Notes under the pieces: model-generated
The model's input: the letters and a program-made list of their open reading frames with translations, nothing else
What the model was told of the DNA's origin: nothing
The model's database searches: none
NCBI GenBank assembly: GCA_964016885.1
Contig: OZ024742.1
Location: forward strand, 345,836,001-345,900,000
Direction of reading: 5' to 3'
DNA length: 64,000 bases
Origin: Eledone cirrhosa
Taxonomy: Eukaryota
Part shown: in pieces, positions 1-13,029 of the stretch
Layout: every line of letters starts with the position of its first letter
How positions within the stretch are numbered: the stretch's first letter is position 1
Program-made: the position numbers and the translations under genes

Positions 1-170
1 AAAGCAGAAGAACTACGAAACCGGTAAAGGAACCAAATAAATAGATATATTTAAAAAAAAAATAAGACTTCAGTTGCATTTTCGATTTCATCCCTTTTTC
101 TTTATACTTCCACTCGTGTAGGACACCTCGGTTATTTTTCATTTTGTAAAAAAAAACCTCACTTTCTAAT
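1..170 (+). mobile_element. Short PLE-pLTR-like element with 3' half of a hammerhead (second copy inverted at 56880-57040)
   Basis: 1-170 matches the reverse complement of 56880-57030. It begins AAA-GCAG-aagaa-CTAC-GAAA-CCGG-TA-AAGG, followed by AATAAA, and ends in (TA)n. Confidence 0.65.
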
Positions 171-171
171 A

Positions 172-227
<56 letters not shown>

Positions 228-234
228 TATATAC

Positions 235-311
<77 letters not shown>

Positions 312-322
312 TATATAAATAT

Positions 323-362
323 ATACCTAAGTGGACTGCATTTAACTGTTATTTGTTACCCC

Positions 363-394
<32 letters not shown>

Positions 395-1134
395 GGGGTA
401 ACAAATAACAGTTAAATGCAGTCCACTTAGGTATAGTCCAGTTATGGTATTCCAGGTAGTGGATGATATCAACGCTTGGCTTGGTTTGACTCAACAAGGC
501 GTTTTCATGGTGATGCTGCGGGTATGCTGTAATTCCTATGTTGTAAACACTTGGAGTAATAATAAATCAGGAAAGAAGGTTGACATGGTTTGCTATACAA
601 AAATGGTTTTTAATCTCATAGCTGACAATTGTTTCTCTGAACTGGTAGGTCTAGAGATCGCTATTCGCTAGTTTTCACGTTACTCGATCGCCAATACAAA
701 ATTATAACCAGTCAGTTCTTCGGAGCATGCGAGAATGAAGAGAATACACAGGCAAGAAAAGAATATACAGGCTACTATATGAAGTAGTAATGGCATTCAG
801 TTAGAACAATAACAACAATTACAACAATGCTATTAATAAATTATTTGAGGAGACCCTGACATTACTTAGGTGGGGGGTATAGTGTATCTAAGATTTCGGC
901 GTGTAAAACTAGCTGTCATGAGGCAGAAGTAAAAGTTTGGCATGTACAGAGTATCGAAGTGTGTATCGATTTTAAATTATAAAGATAAGCCAGTGTTTAC
1001 AGTCTTTCTTTTCATCTTCAATAACATACATGAGTGGGACAACACTGTCAAAGCTAAATAGTGGGTGAGTTAATACAGAGGTTAAGGAGGTAATATATGC
1101 ATATATTTAGTCACACACACACACACACACACAT

Positions 1135-1190
<56 letters not shown>

Positions 1191-1833
1191 GCATGTGTAC
1201 ATAGACACATACATACACATCAATATACACTCGTACAAAAATATACATACATGCAAAGAGATAAGCGTGCTGATTGTAATTATGGCAAAAGGAAGGTAAA
1301 GTTACATTGTAGTAGTGATTTGAGAAAAACTAGGATTTAGGATCAAATGATGGCGGCAGCTGAGAAGGAATAAGTTTATGGGTTGATGAGGTACTTACAG
1401 ACATTTGTGTGGTATAGACTTGTGAAGGCTAGAGTATACTTAATGAGAATATTTCTGTGGGTAGTGGGTATCCTAATTTAAAGCTATGTTGTGTTGGTTC
1501 GATTCACGGAGGTTTGAATCTTATGAATTTAGTGGCAATTCTATGTCTGCAGAAGATAGATCTTTCTAACTTATTGTTAAGTAGCCTTTTTACATTTTTG
1601 AGGATATACATTAGTTCAAGATCACATAACCCGCAGTGGGACATACCTGTACTATAGGTTTTAGCAGCCGACAACTTCGACCAGTTAATACTGTAGTTAG
1701 TGCTGCTGTCCTTCAGTTCCCATATTTTTTTTGGCGAGGGTTGTGGAACCTACCAGTTCAGAGAAACAATTGTCAGCTATGAGATTAAAAACCTTTTTTG
1801 TATAGCAAACCATGTAAACCTTCTTTCCTGATT

Positions 1834-1838
<5 letters not shown>
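323..1838 (-). mobile_element. Composite PLE-derived insertion with inverted ends, in (TA)n
   Basis: 323-432 is a 40-bp inverted repeat around a (TA)n spacer. 560-652 is the reverse complement of 1748-1838. HHR at 618-728. Flanked by TA tracts. Confidence 0.5.
618..728 (-). ncRNA. Type I hammerhead ribozyme, U4C core, long loop II
   Basis: Minus strand reads AUGCU-CCGAAGA-a-CUGA.CUGGU...ACCAG.u.UCAG-a-GAAA-CAAUUG-UC-AGCUAU. Confidence 0.55.
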
Positions 1839-1874
<36 letters not shown>

Positions 1875-1996
1875 GACTATGTTGATGGTCACAATTCAGT
1901 CATGGCAGTCAAGCATCAACTTATTTTATCTGATAAGGTCGTACTATTGAAATAGATCAGTACCTCTGAAATATGTATAATAAAATATATTTGAAG

Positions 1997-2049
<53 letters not shown>

Positions 2050-2134
2050 AAAGTTCTATTTAAATTGTTGGAATACAACAAGCAAATATTATTATAACTG
2101 ATATAAAGCACTCGACAAATATTTGGAGTAGATA

Positions 2135-2475
2135 TACAATATTAATAAATGGAAACTATATTTATAAAACCATATTTATTTCATTATATATATTTCAAGG
2201 ATACCAAGTTAAATCATGGTATGCCTTCATCAGACAAAATACAATATATAACAGTTTTACAAATAGATATTGACGTACCCTTTCAAAAAGGTGACCGTTG
2301 GATGGCCTCCAAAAACAACGGTCACCTTTTTGAAAGGGTACGTCAATATCTATTTGTAAAACTGTTATATATTGTATTTTGTCTGATGAAGGCATACCAT
2401 GATTTAACGTGGTATCCTTGAAATATATATAATGAAATAAATATGGTTTTATAAATATAGTTTCCATTTATTAAT

Positions 2476-2482
<7 letters not shown>
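2135..2482. mobile_element. Fold-back (palindromic) HHR mini-element, ~165-bp arms
   Basis: Near-perfect inverted repeat centred on ~2300-2315, which explains the mirror ORFs 2149+ and 2195-. Flanked by (TA)n. Confidence 0.85.
2375..2440 (+). ncRNA. Minimal type I hammerhead ribozyme (antisense copy 2175-2245; relative at 36830-36893 minus)
   Basis: UAUUUUGU-CUGAUGA-AGGcAUACCA..UGGUAUCCUU-GAAA-UAUAUA-UA-AUGAAAUA. Confidence 0.8.
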
Positions 2483-2524
<42 letters not shown>

Positions 2525-2530
<6 letters not shown>

Positions 2531-3730
2531 AATTAATATATCTAGTAACATATATATACATACAGATGCATATCAATGCTAGCAAATATATAGGTTTTGT
2601 CTTAGTAACTTTGTGGTTCAATGCATGGGGTTGCAGAACAATAATATGAGAGACGTAAAATAAGAAAATTATAAAATTAACTTACTTACTAAAATTTCAC
2701 TCCCAACTAATTAGTTTCTGAAATGGAATAAATATATTTTCCGAAGAAGATATAGAGAATCATTTCGTCGTCAGGGAAGTCTATTCTCAGCTAAGTTTCC
2801 AGGCAAAGCGTGGACTCTGGAAAACTTATACAAAAATAATTCAGTGGATAGAAAATAGCAAAGCGTGGACTGAATTCCTAGCCATTGAGAAAATCACTGC
2901 CTACTGCGTCGGTAGCAAATTCAAAAAGAAACAATTACGTGACATCGAGGTTAATCAGTGGAGAGTGGTTTGTTAAGAAGACGGCGGCCTGCCTGCTATT
3001 TTCTATCCACTGAATTATTTTTGTATAAGTTTTCCAGAGTCCACGCTTTGCCTGGAAACTTAGCTGAGAATAGACTTCCCTGACGACGAAATGATTCTCT
3101 ATATCTTCTTCGGAAAATATATTTATTCCATTTCAGAAACTAATTAGTTGGGAGTGAAATTTTAGTAAGTTAATTTTATAATTTTCTTATTTTACGTCTC
3201 TCATATTATTGTTCTGCAACCCCATGCATTGAACCACAAAGTTACTAAGACAAAACCTATATATTTGCTAGCATTGATATGCATCTGTATGTATATATAT
3301 GTTACTAGATATATTAATTCTTTATAATTATCTCCAAATTATTTGTCGAGCAATATTGGCCAAGACTGCTGCTATGGTAGCAGGCAGGCCGCCGTCTTCT
3401 TAACAAACCACTCTCCACTGATTAACGTCGATGTCACGTGATTGATTCTTTTTGAATTTGCCACTGACGCAGTAGGCAGTGATTTTCTCAATGGCTAGGA
3501 ATTCAGTCCACGCTTTGCTATTTTCTACCCACTGAATTATTTTTGTATCAGTTTTCCAGAGTCCACGCTTTGCCTGGAAACTTAGCTGAGAATAGACTTC
3601 CCTGACGACGAAATGATTCTCTATATCTTCTTCGGAAAATATATTTATTCCATTTCAGAAACTAATTAGTTGGGAGTGAAATTTTAGTAAGTAAGTTAAT
3701 TTTATAATTTTCTTATTTTACGTCTCTCAT
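2525..3730 (+). mobile_element. Inverted + tandem pLTR-like element (family also at 35531-36200)
   Basis: 2525-2995 is inverted relative to 2995-3730. The ~520-bp unit is partly duplicated (2995-3200 vs 3518-3730). HHR copies at ~2698-2780(-), 3073-3156(+) and 3596-3678(+). Confidence 0.8.
3073..3156 (+). ncRNA. Type I hammerhead ribozyme
   Basis: CUUCC-CUGACGA-c-GAAAUG...CAUUUC-a-GAAA-CUAAUUAG-UU-GGGAG. Stem II covaries (GUAAUG/CAUUAC) in the 35596-35677 copy. Confidence 0.8.
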
Positions 3731-3744
3731 ATATATATATATAT

Positions 3745-4396
3745 ACAGTATTATTATCGCTTTTTCGACCAGCCGAAATACGATTCTCGCTGAATTATAT
3801 TTGTAATAATCTCACGAGTCTTACAAATAACCTGTTAATAATTCTATTGACAGATTAATTGCATAAGTTTATGTTTAAAAACTACTCGGTTGAGTGCTTA
3901 TTCAATTTGTGCTATCTATGCAATTTTTTGTATGATATACACATACTGAATTCCTTTGCCAAAATATGGGTAATTTCCCCTTGTGAGTTACGCATGTGCG
4001 TTTACTATACTCTGCGTCACTCGCAAAGTTGGTTACAGAGCATAATTACCTGTTGATAACGTGATATTCCTTGTTCGATCTTTATGCTGAAAGCTTATAG
4101 TTTTAAGCAGACAGTATTAATGATTTAGGTGTCATAGAAACCATGCATTTTGATTTTACGATCAATTCCAATATGTCCAGGTCTGTTTTTATCATTTATT
4201 TTGTTTGACCTGTTTAGCTTGATTTGTTTTTTGGCTTAGGTGGTTAATGCCTTCTTAACCACTTTTTCAGTTTGTATGGTGTTTTAACATATTGTTTAGC
4301 TCTGGTTTTTTTAACTATTGAGCGCTTGCCAGCATTTATACGATTTTGCGTTTCGTTTCGCTTTTTCTACCAGCCGAAATACGATTCTCGCTAAAT

Positions 4397-4400
<4 letters not shown>
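3745..4400 (-). mobile_element. Dispersed TA-flanked element with terminal direct repeat (copies 36205-36657, 46345-46775)
   Basis: The direct repeat ccagccgaaatacgattctcgct occurs at both ends. Three diverged copies are in the window. The minus frame keeps fragments [15 protein letters not shown]. Confidence 0.65.
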
Positions 4401-4428
<28 letters not shown>

Positions 4429-4429
4429 A

Positions 4430-4742
4430 AAACATGATGGCGTAGGAGAGAACAAAGGAGAGGCACAAAGAACAAAGAAAATAATCCCCAGTCACTGAAG
4501 AGAACACAGAATGTGTGACGAAAGAACTTTGACAATATATAAACAACCATCTGGTTGTGGAACCAACCAATCGGAAATTTATAAATTCCTAAATTTATAA
4601 ATTTATTATAATAAATTGAAGTGAATGCAACTGGTGCGGGTGTTTCTTATTGGCAACATGACCCTCCCAAAATATAACAATATCGGTTTCAACACACGTT
4701 TTCAGATAAAAAATCTTGCTAAACAAATTCAGAAACGAAATA
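4430..4742 (+). mobile_element. Solo pLTR of the 20170-28350 PLE family (others 17250-17655, diverged 35125-35458)
   Basis: High identity to 25905-26217, including the HHR GUCA-CUGAAGA..GAAAGAACUUUGAC and the ORF start. Flanked by TA. Confidence 0.85.
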
Positions 4743-4756
4743 TATATATATATAGT

Positions 4757-4811
<55 letters not shown>

Positions 4812-4889
4812 GTTACGGTTGAGATGTGATCATCACACCATTTTATGGTAAAATATTCAACATTTTTCATTGAACATCATACTATTTTA

Positions 4890-6260
4890 TCATAAATGAC
4901 ATAACATTTATAGTTGGACAACGTACTATTATACCATAAACCACATACCATTTATAGATGGACAACATACCATTATATCATAAACGACATACCATTTAGA
5001 TAGACAACATACCATTATACCATATATGACATACCATTTATAGATGAAAAACATACCATTATACCATAAACCACATACCATTTATAGATGGACAACATAC
5101 CATTATATCATAAACGACATACCATTTAGATGGACAACATACCATTATACCATATATGACATACCATTTATAGATGGACAACATACCATTATACCATAAA
5201 CGACATACCATTTATAGATGGACAACATACCATTATACGATAAAAGACATACCATTTATAGATGGACAACATACCATTATACCATAAACGGTATACCATT
5301 TATAGATGGACAACATACAATTATACCATAAACGGTATACCATTTATAGATGGACAACATACAATTATACCATAAACCACATACCATTTATAGATGGACA
5401 ACATACCATTATTTTCATAAAGGACATACCATTTATAGTTGGACAGGAGACCATTATACCATAAACTACATACAATTTATAGATGGACAACATACCATTA
5501 TATCATGAACGACATACCATTTAGATGGACAACATACCATTATACCATATATGACATACCATTTAGATGGACAACATACCATTATACCATAAACGACATA
5601 CTATTTATAGATGGACAACATACCATTATACCATAAATGACATACTATTTATAGATGGACAACATACAATTATACCATAAACAATATACCATTTATAGAT
5701 TGACACCATACCATTATACCATAAACGACATACCATTTATAGCTGGACAACATACCAGTATACCATAAACGACATACCATTTATAGACGGACAACATACC
5801 ATTATACCATAAACGACATACCATTTATAGTTGGATAACATACCATTACACCATAAACATCATACCATTTCTAGATTGACCACATACCATTATACCATAA
5901 ACGACATACCATTTATAGATGGACAACATACCATTATACCATAAACGACATACCATTTATAGATAGACAGCATACCATTATACCATAAACGACATACTAT
6001 TTATAGATGGACAGCATACCATTATACCATAAATGACATACCATTTATAGATGGACAACATATCATTATACCATAAACGACATACCATTTATAGATAGAC
6101 AGCATACCATTATACCATAAATGACATACCATTTATAGATAGACAACATACCATTATACCATAAACGACATACCATTTATAGATAGACAACATACCATTA
6201 TACCATAAACGACATACCATTTATAGATAGACAACATACCATTTATAGATCAACAACACG
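4890..6260. repeat. 44-bp minisatellite (~31 units; two 22-bp subunits)
   Basis: Unit ataccatttatagatggacaacataccattataccataaacgac; both halves contain acataccatt. Confidence 0.95.
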
Positions 6261-6361
6261 AAATAAGTTGTAGCTAAAACTGAATAAAAATGTAGAAAAT
6301 CTTGAGGCTAAGATATTTTTCAACATCAATTCAGATCTACTAAATTTCAATATATAACATA

Positions 6362-6497
6362 TAATTGTTTCTAATTTAGGCACAAGGTCAGCAATTATCC
6401 AGTGCATTACTGGTACTTTATTTTATCGACCCTGTAAGGATGAAAGGTAAAGTCAACCTCGGCGGGATTTGAACTCAGATCGTAAAGGGACGTAAAC
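6362..6497 (-). mobile_element. tRNA-derived SINE family 1 (copies ~9430-9570+, 18600-18650+, 54270-54430-, 55530-55722+, 58575-58695-, 63628-63835+)
   Basis: B-box-like GAGTTCAAATCC, conserved ttgactttgcctttcatcc..gggtcgataaaataaagtaccagt, and tail ttgtgcctaaattagaaac. Confidence 0.8.
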
Positions 6498-6672
6498 TAT
6501 TATATAACATATAATATTCGTTTCTCGTAGCTCTAGGGAGCGTTCATTCACTCCGAACACATTTCAAACATGAATTCCTAATTGAATTCCTCAGGAAACA
6601 CCATATATCTATATACATACATATATATATATATACGTATATATAAATATATATAGACACAAATACACACAC

Positions 6673-6711
<39 letters not shown>

Positions 6712-6764
6712 TCATTTTACGTCCGCTTTTTCCCTGCTTTCAAGGGTATATATATATATGTATA

Positions 6765-6810
<46 letters not shown>

Positions 6811-6820
6811 TATTTATATT

Positions 6821-6921
<101 letters not shown>

Positions 6922-7043
6922 GTGTGTGTGTGTATATATATATATATATACGCCTATTTATATTTATATATATACATATATATCAAATTTAATATAGAAA
7001 AGGCTTCTTCAAGACTAGAACTGTTTCATAGTTTATACATATA

Positions 7044-7139
<96 letters not shown>

Positions 7140-7160
7140 GAATATAAGCACATATATATG

Positions 7161-7213
<53 letters not shown>

Positions 7214-7285
7214 ATCTATCTATCTATTTATATACATATAGTGACGAAACATAAGTCAATTGCATGAACACATAATCCTTTATTT

Positions 7286-7341
7286 ACTGCTATATACATT
7301 TCGATGATAGCCATTGAATGGCTATGACCTCATCAGGCAGT
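7286..7341 (-). ncRNA. Minimal hammerhead ribozyme (family also at 49260-49315 minus and 49479-49535 plus)
   Basis: ACUGC-CUGAUGA-GGUcAUAGCCA.UGGCUAUcAUC-GAAA-UGUAUA-UA-GCAGU. The 49-kb copy has ACAGCCA/UGGCUGU (compensatory change). Confidence 0.8.
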
Positions 7342-7784
7342 TAGTCAGTTCTTAGATATGCCAGCTCTGTGTTGATGGTATCAGAGCCTTGGGACATATG
7401 AGCTTGTTAGGAATAATTTAATGTTGTCAGCAGGAATAGTCTTAATTCTCATTGGTCTGTTTGTAGATGCTAGTTTGGATGGTATTTGACCTAAAAAAAG
7501 CAGGTGGTGTTGTAAAGTTCAAACCGTCAGGCAAGACGACAATAGTTCCATATGACTGATTGTCACAAAAAGCATTCCTGGTCAGATATATATTCAATTA
7601 AGGTCAGTAGTATGAAAAAGATACTACAGGTCATTCTTAAATTGAGGAATTTATGTGGACTGGTGCTACTGAAAATATATATACATATATATATATGTAG
7701 GAGGTGAGTTTTATTGTAGTACAATAAAGCAATGCAGATATCGGATAAGATGCACTCTACAGTTTGTAGGACTGGAGTATACAT

Positions 7785-8125
7785 AATATATAAGAACAAA
7801 AGATGGTTAAAAGAGTTCCATGTATTTTATTATGCGCATTTCAAAAACAAATATCATCATGCAATAATATTTGTGTTTTCATCAGATAAAACAGGAAGAC
7901 ATGATATGAAGGTTAAAAAACACCTGTGGATAGTGCAGTTTTAAATCAATATATCATATGTTGATTTAAAACTGCACTATCCACAAGTGTTTTTTAACCT
8001 TCATATCATGTCTTCCTGTTTTATCTGATGAAAACACAAATATTATTGCATGATGATATTTGTTTTTGAAATGCGCATAATAAAATACATGGAACTCTTT
8101 TAACCATCTTTTGTTCTTATATATT
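7785..8125. mobile_element. Fold-back HHR mini-element; HHR at 8016-8088(+) and 7822-7895(-)
   Basis: Near-perfect ~165-bp inverted repeat centred ~7955. UGUUUUAU-CUGAUGA-stem II-GAAA-UGCGCA-UA-AUAAAAUA. Confidence 0.85.
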
Positions 8126-8560
8126 ACATATATATATATATATATGGGGGGGGGGGGGGGGTCCGGTGTATATATATATATATGTATCTGTATATATATA
8201 TATATACATATATGCAGATGTAGCTATATATATAAAGAGAGAGGTAGAGAGAGAGAGAAAGAGAGGGAGAGAGAAGATCATCATCATTGCTAATGCAATT
8301 AAATACAACAGACTACCGTCTTGCAAATGTATCTTTTTGATGCTATTGAACATTTGTAGAGGAAAGAAAATACATGGCATAGGTAGGACGATATGATTAT
8401 GTCAACTAGGCAGCCTCCAAGGGCGCTGGCCTCAGAGAGGCGCAATCTTATACATATTTCTATAACCAACTTAAATTCCCTGCCATCAATATATACATCA
8501 CTAAACATATTTACGATAGAGAAGGTAGCATGGTGATATGATTTGTTGTATAGCTTGCGT

Positions 8561-8944
8561 CCATGCAGGGGCTCCCACAGGAGCACTGAGGGCAGTGTCA
8601 ACTCTGGATGTCGGTGAGCATGTCCAACTAACCTCAGTTTCCTCTGTGCTACTCTTGAGCTGACTTTTGGGAGGCTCCCGTACAGCTCTGAGTTCTTCAT
8701 CCTCAGTGTATACTGATTAATGTTCAGAGCCATCATCAACATTCTTGTGTAGCACCCATCCACCACCTGAGTGAGTTTCTTGGACACACTGGAAGAGGAA
8801 GACTGAGGTTAACTTATGTTGATGCCCTAAGAACAAACACTGATCTCTTGGAGACGCACGACATGGCAGCGATAATGAGGGACAAAGACCGCTGGAGAGA
8901 ACTCGTCCATGGATCTCGGGAATTTTACCCGCCCTAGACTAGAC
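8561..8944 (+). mobile_element. 5'-truncated, 5'-inverted RTE-clade LINE
   Basis: Minus 8788->8561 encodes ..RKLRLVGHAHRHPE..LLWEPLHG. Plus 8789-8937 continues GRGRLRLTYVDAL..RDKDRWRELV*. (ctaga)n tail; candidate TSD atagcttgcgt/atagtttacgt. Confidence 0.8.
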
Positions 8945-8989
8945 ATAGTTTACGTAGGTGTGTGTGAACTATGTAAAACAAAGTGCAGG

Positions 8990-9362
8990 CGTACTAATTT
9001 TCTTTGCGTGGTCAGAGCATGAAATATCAAAACATATTTGTCAAGTTGAAATTATTTTATGTAAGGGAATGGGGCGAATATTGTAGGTGTAGTTTAGTGT
9101 GCTAAATGCTCAGGATTCGAGACAGTTAAACTTGCAGGCTTAGTAAATTATTTAAAAGAACGGACTGTACATTGTAGGTCTAGTTTAGTGAGCTAAATGC
9201 TCATACTTCGGCCTTGTTAAACTTGCAGGCTAATAAGTTTCTTTGCTTGGTCAGAGCATCTTCCCAAATTTAAAGTTGAAATTATTTTATATAAGAGAAT
9301 GTTGTACATATTGTAGGTCAAGTTTAGTGTGTTAAATGTTCAGGCACCGACCCAGTTAAACT
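8990..9362. repeat. Degenerate tandem repeat (3-4 partial units)
   Basis: Recurrent ttgtaggt..agtttagtg.gctaaatgctca..gttaaacttgcaggc. Confidence 0.7.
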
Positions 9363-10588
9363 ACATTACATTTCAGGGTGACTTATGTATCAATGTTTTT
9401 GTTTTACTTATAAATTTATTATCAATTACAAAATGGTGAACTGGCGGATAGAAAACTTAGCGATATTTGTTCCAATTCTCTACCCTCTTAGTTCAAATCC
9501 TTCCGTGGTCAACTTTACCCATCATCATTTCGAGGTCAATAAATATACCACCGTGCCTGTTTTAGGGTCCATTGTTTCCCTTACCTCCTTACACTCCACT
9601 TTCCCTCTCTCTTTCTCTGGAATTAATCGGCCATGTAGAAATGTGAATGAGACTACACATACTTCGTTCTGTCATGCCTGAACCTAATTCTGTACCTATT
9701 TTAGCAACACGGTTGAGGTGGAAAGTGCATTGCGTGTATGTGAGTACAAGTATGTGTGTTACAGGCACATATATATATAGTAATAATAATAAATGTGAAG
9801 ACTAAAATCCGAAGAGGGCTCGATAAGGATAATATATATATATATAAAATAGTTATGTAATAAACAACATAAGGCAATTATTTCATTTACCAGTGGTTTC
9901 TTAAAAGCAAAAAAATGTTGCTTTCAATAGAGCACTCTTTTTTCCTGGACTTTTCCGACGGAATTACTTCATTTACACATATATATAAAATATATAAAAA
10001 ATATTTATTAAAATAACAAATTAAAGTTTAATATATATATATGGTGCAACTCAATTTCGAGTAATGCCATCGCTTGATACTTAAGCATGAGCATCACAGA
10101 CATGACTTCTTAGTCCTGCTATGGACTTTCCTGTAGCCAGATATACCATGCAATACCTGTGCCTGAACCTTTTTTAAATCTTCATCAACACTCCTTCACT
10201 CTCACACTCATTAACACCACACCCCACACCCCAGACACATCCAAATCTCTCTTATATATAGAGTCACACACCACAACACAACCTGATCTCAGTTTGACAA
10301 TCGCCACCGACGAATGCGAGAAAGTTCTCCAAGAAAGTTAACCAGGAATCTTTAAAATTCTTCCCACCGAAGTAAACAAAGAACTTACTAGATCTACCAA
10401 CACATAATATAATATAAAATTAAATCAAATTATTTAGAACTACAAGTGAAGTCATTCTTTTCCTTTTTTTAAATATACCTAGCTGTACCAAGGTTCTCAC
10501 ATATTTTCCAATATATATATATATATATATAAGAAAAGATTCTTGTACTCTGGTGGGTTACGGTCCCCCTGGTATATCACCACACCGT

Positions 10589-10715
<127 letters not shown>

Positions 10716-11297
10716 TCGTATCTGGAAAAAGCAAACAAGATGGGAAAAAATCTTTACTTACTTGAATGTCCTTACCGCTGTTTCATTGAGAGAATAACGA
10801 TACTCAGAGTATTGTAAGAAATAGCAAATCATCAGGAGACTTTCTCAATCAAGAAAGAAAATTCAAGACAGAATATTCTTCCTTGTTATCCGCTAAGAGT
10901 GATAATTTCAAATGGAAGAAATATCACGTGATTGGCGGTCAACAGGAGGGTTGTAAGGTGGACATTGGCAGGTAGTGGTCTGCTAGAAAAGAACAGCCCG
11001 ATTCGGCCAAATTCTTCACTGAGATAATCTCAAGTAAGTAGGTGAAGATTTTTTTCTTATTTAGTTTGCTTTTCCCAGATAGGATTATATTACGCTCTGA
11101 ATAAATTGATTTCTGTTAATTCTTTATTAGAGCAAAACTTGGTAGCTATTGGACGTCTTTATATATATATAAACTTGTGTAAAGATATATATGTATATAT
11201 TTCGTCAATTAATTTATATATACATATATATATGAAGTGTCTCCGTAGGAAAAGTAAAGGAAAAGAGAGTGTTCTGTGTAGGCTACAGTGCTTTTTA

Positions 11298-11494
11298 GTT
11301 ATGTAATAAACATCATAAGATAATTATTTCATTTACCAAAGGTTTCACGAAGACAGACGAGCCTGGCACAGACGTCTGACTTCAGTGGTCAGAATGAAAT
11401 TTCATTCTGACGACGGAAGTCAGACGTTTGTGTCAGGCTCGTCTGTATCCTTACCGAGCCCTCTTTGGATTTTAGTCTTCAAATTTATTATTAT

Positions 11495-11535
<41 letters not shown>

Positions 11536-11625
11536 TGTAATAAACAACATAAGGCAATTATTTCATTTACCAGTGGTTTCTTAAAAGCAAAAAAAATTTG
11601 CTTTCAATCATCAGAATGAAAAAAA
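11298..11625 (-). mobile_element. Two adjacent HHR mini-elements (related fragments 9780-9930, 17680-17735)
   Basis: Minus 11560-11622 reads UUUCAUU-CUGAUGA-..GAAAGCAAA/UUUGCUUUU..-GAAA-CCacuGG-UA-AAUGAAA. Minus 11325-11402 has the same stems I/III with a different stem II, plus an inverted duplication at 11398-11447. Confidence 0.7.
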
Positions 11626-11791
11626 CCTGGCGTATTTATTGACGTTGGATTTTTCATACATATATATATATATATATGAACACACATGGCTTATTACAGA
11701 AGATAATTTGCTTGCACTTTCTCGTTAGACAAACAATTCTATATAGTTTTTACAGTTTTAGGGGGAAATTTTGAATCTAATGTCTGTATAC

Positions 11792-11869
<78 letters not shown>

Positions 11870-12293
11870 AAATTATAGTGTTACAAATAATTACATTTTT
11901 TTATGTTGGTGTCTTTACATAATTAATCTGTTAATACCACAGGCAGGCTACCAATCAGCTGTTAAACAGGTAAAGCTGTCAGAAGTAAGGTTTACAGTTA
12001 CAGATTAATTCTCGTCTTTTCCAAAGGTAAAACAACATGGCGGTGATTGCTAAACCAGATAAAAGGAACAGTTTGTTGCCTTAGATAGACCTTAAGAAAA
12101 AATACTTTCTAGAACATTTATCTTCGTTAATCAATAATCAATCAAGTTTATAAATTGAAAACATTCCTAAAATCCCATTCAGGTTAGTATTTCAGATGAA
12201 ACTTCGACTATCAATCAACTTAAAGAGAATTAGGACATTGAATTAGTTTTGTATGTGTATATATATATATATATGTGTGTGGGTGTGTGAGTG

Positions 12294-12336
<43 letters not shown>

Positions 12337-12691
12337 ATAGGCTTAAAAATGGAATGAAAATAAGAAGAAAGCAAGAACGCGGGGAGTTTACCTCATCAGT
12401 TGTCTACTGGGGGTCTCGGATATTTCAACGCTTTAAAGACAATATATCTACCCTCAGGGCGTTCAATAACTGGGTAAGTTATTGGGAAAATGGAGGAGGG
12501 AGAGTAGGAATATGGAAGGCAAAAGGGGAAGAAAAGAGAAAACAGCGAAAGAAAACAACAAACCGAAGAATGTGCAGCAACTGAAGGTAAGAATATATAT
12601 TCTTTTTACTCTTTTACCTGATCCAGCGATCCGGCTGAGCCCATGCTGGGGCACCACCCTTGTTGCTACAATATATCTGTATATACATATA

Positions 12692-12757
<66 letters not shown>

Positions 12758-12760
<3 letters not shown>

Positions 12761-12952
12761 AACGAGTAGGACCCCGACAGCTGAGCTCAAGCCGTTTCGA
12801 CGGCTAATTCTGGACTCAGAATTAGCCGTCGAAACGGCTTGAGCTCAGCCGTCGGGGTCCTACTCGTTCCTATTACCCACTCTACTACCCTAAGTATTGA
12901 GTACTTTGGTGCGTTATGGTCCACCTGGTTCCTTACCACATTTCCTTCGTTA
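12758..12952 (+). mobile_element. Hairpin-headed TA-inserted mini-element (copies 46137-46322, fragment 49040-49082)
   Basis: ~52-bp-arm near-perfect hairpin at 12760-12869 followed by a conserved body. Confidence 0.7.
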
Positions 12953-13029
12953 TATATATATATATATATAAATTGAATAGAATGAAACGAAATTTCATTT
13001 CTCACCCTTAGTATGGCTGTTACTTAAAT

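Noticed and set aside
10765-10845. HHR-like remnants here and at 12400-12480, 12810-12848, 51880-51925
   Set aside because: Core halves are present, but the stems are mismatched or truncated, so they were not counted.
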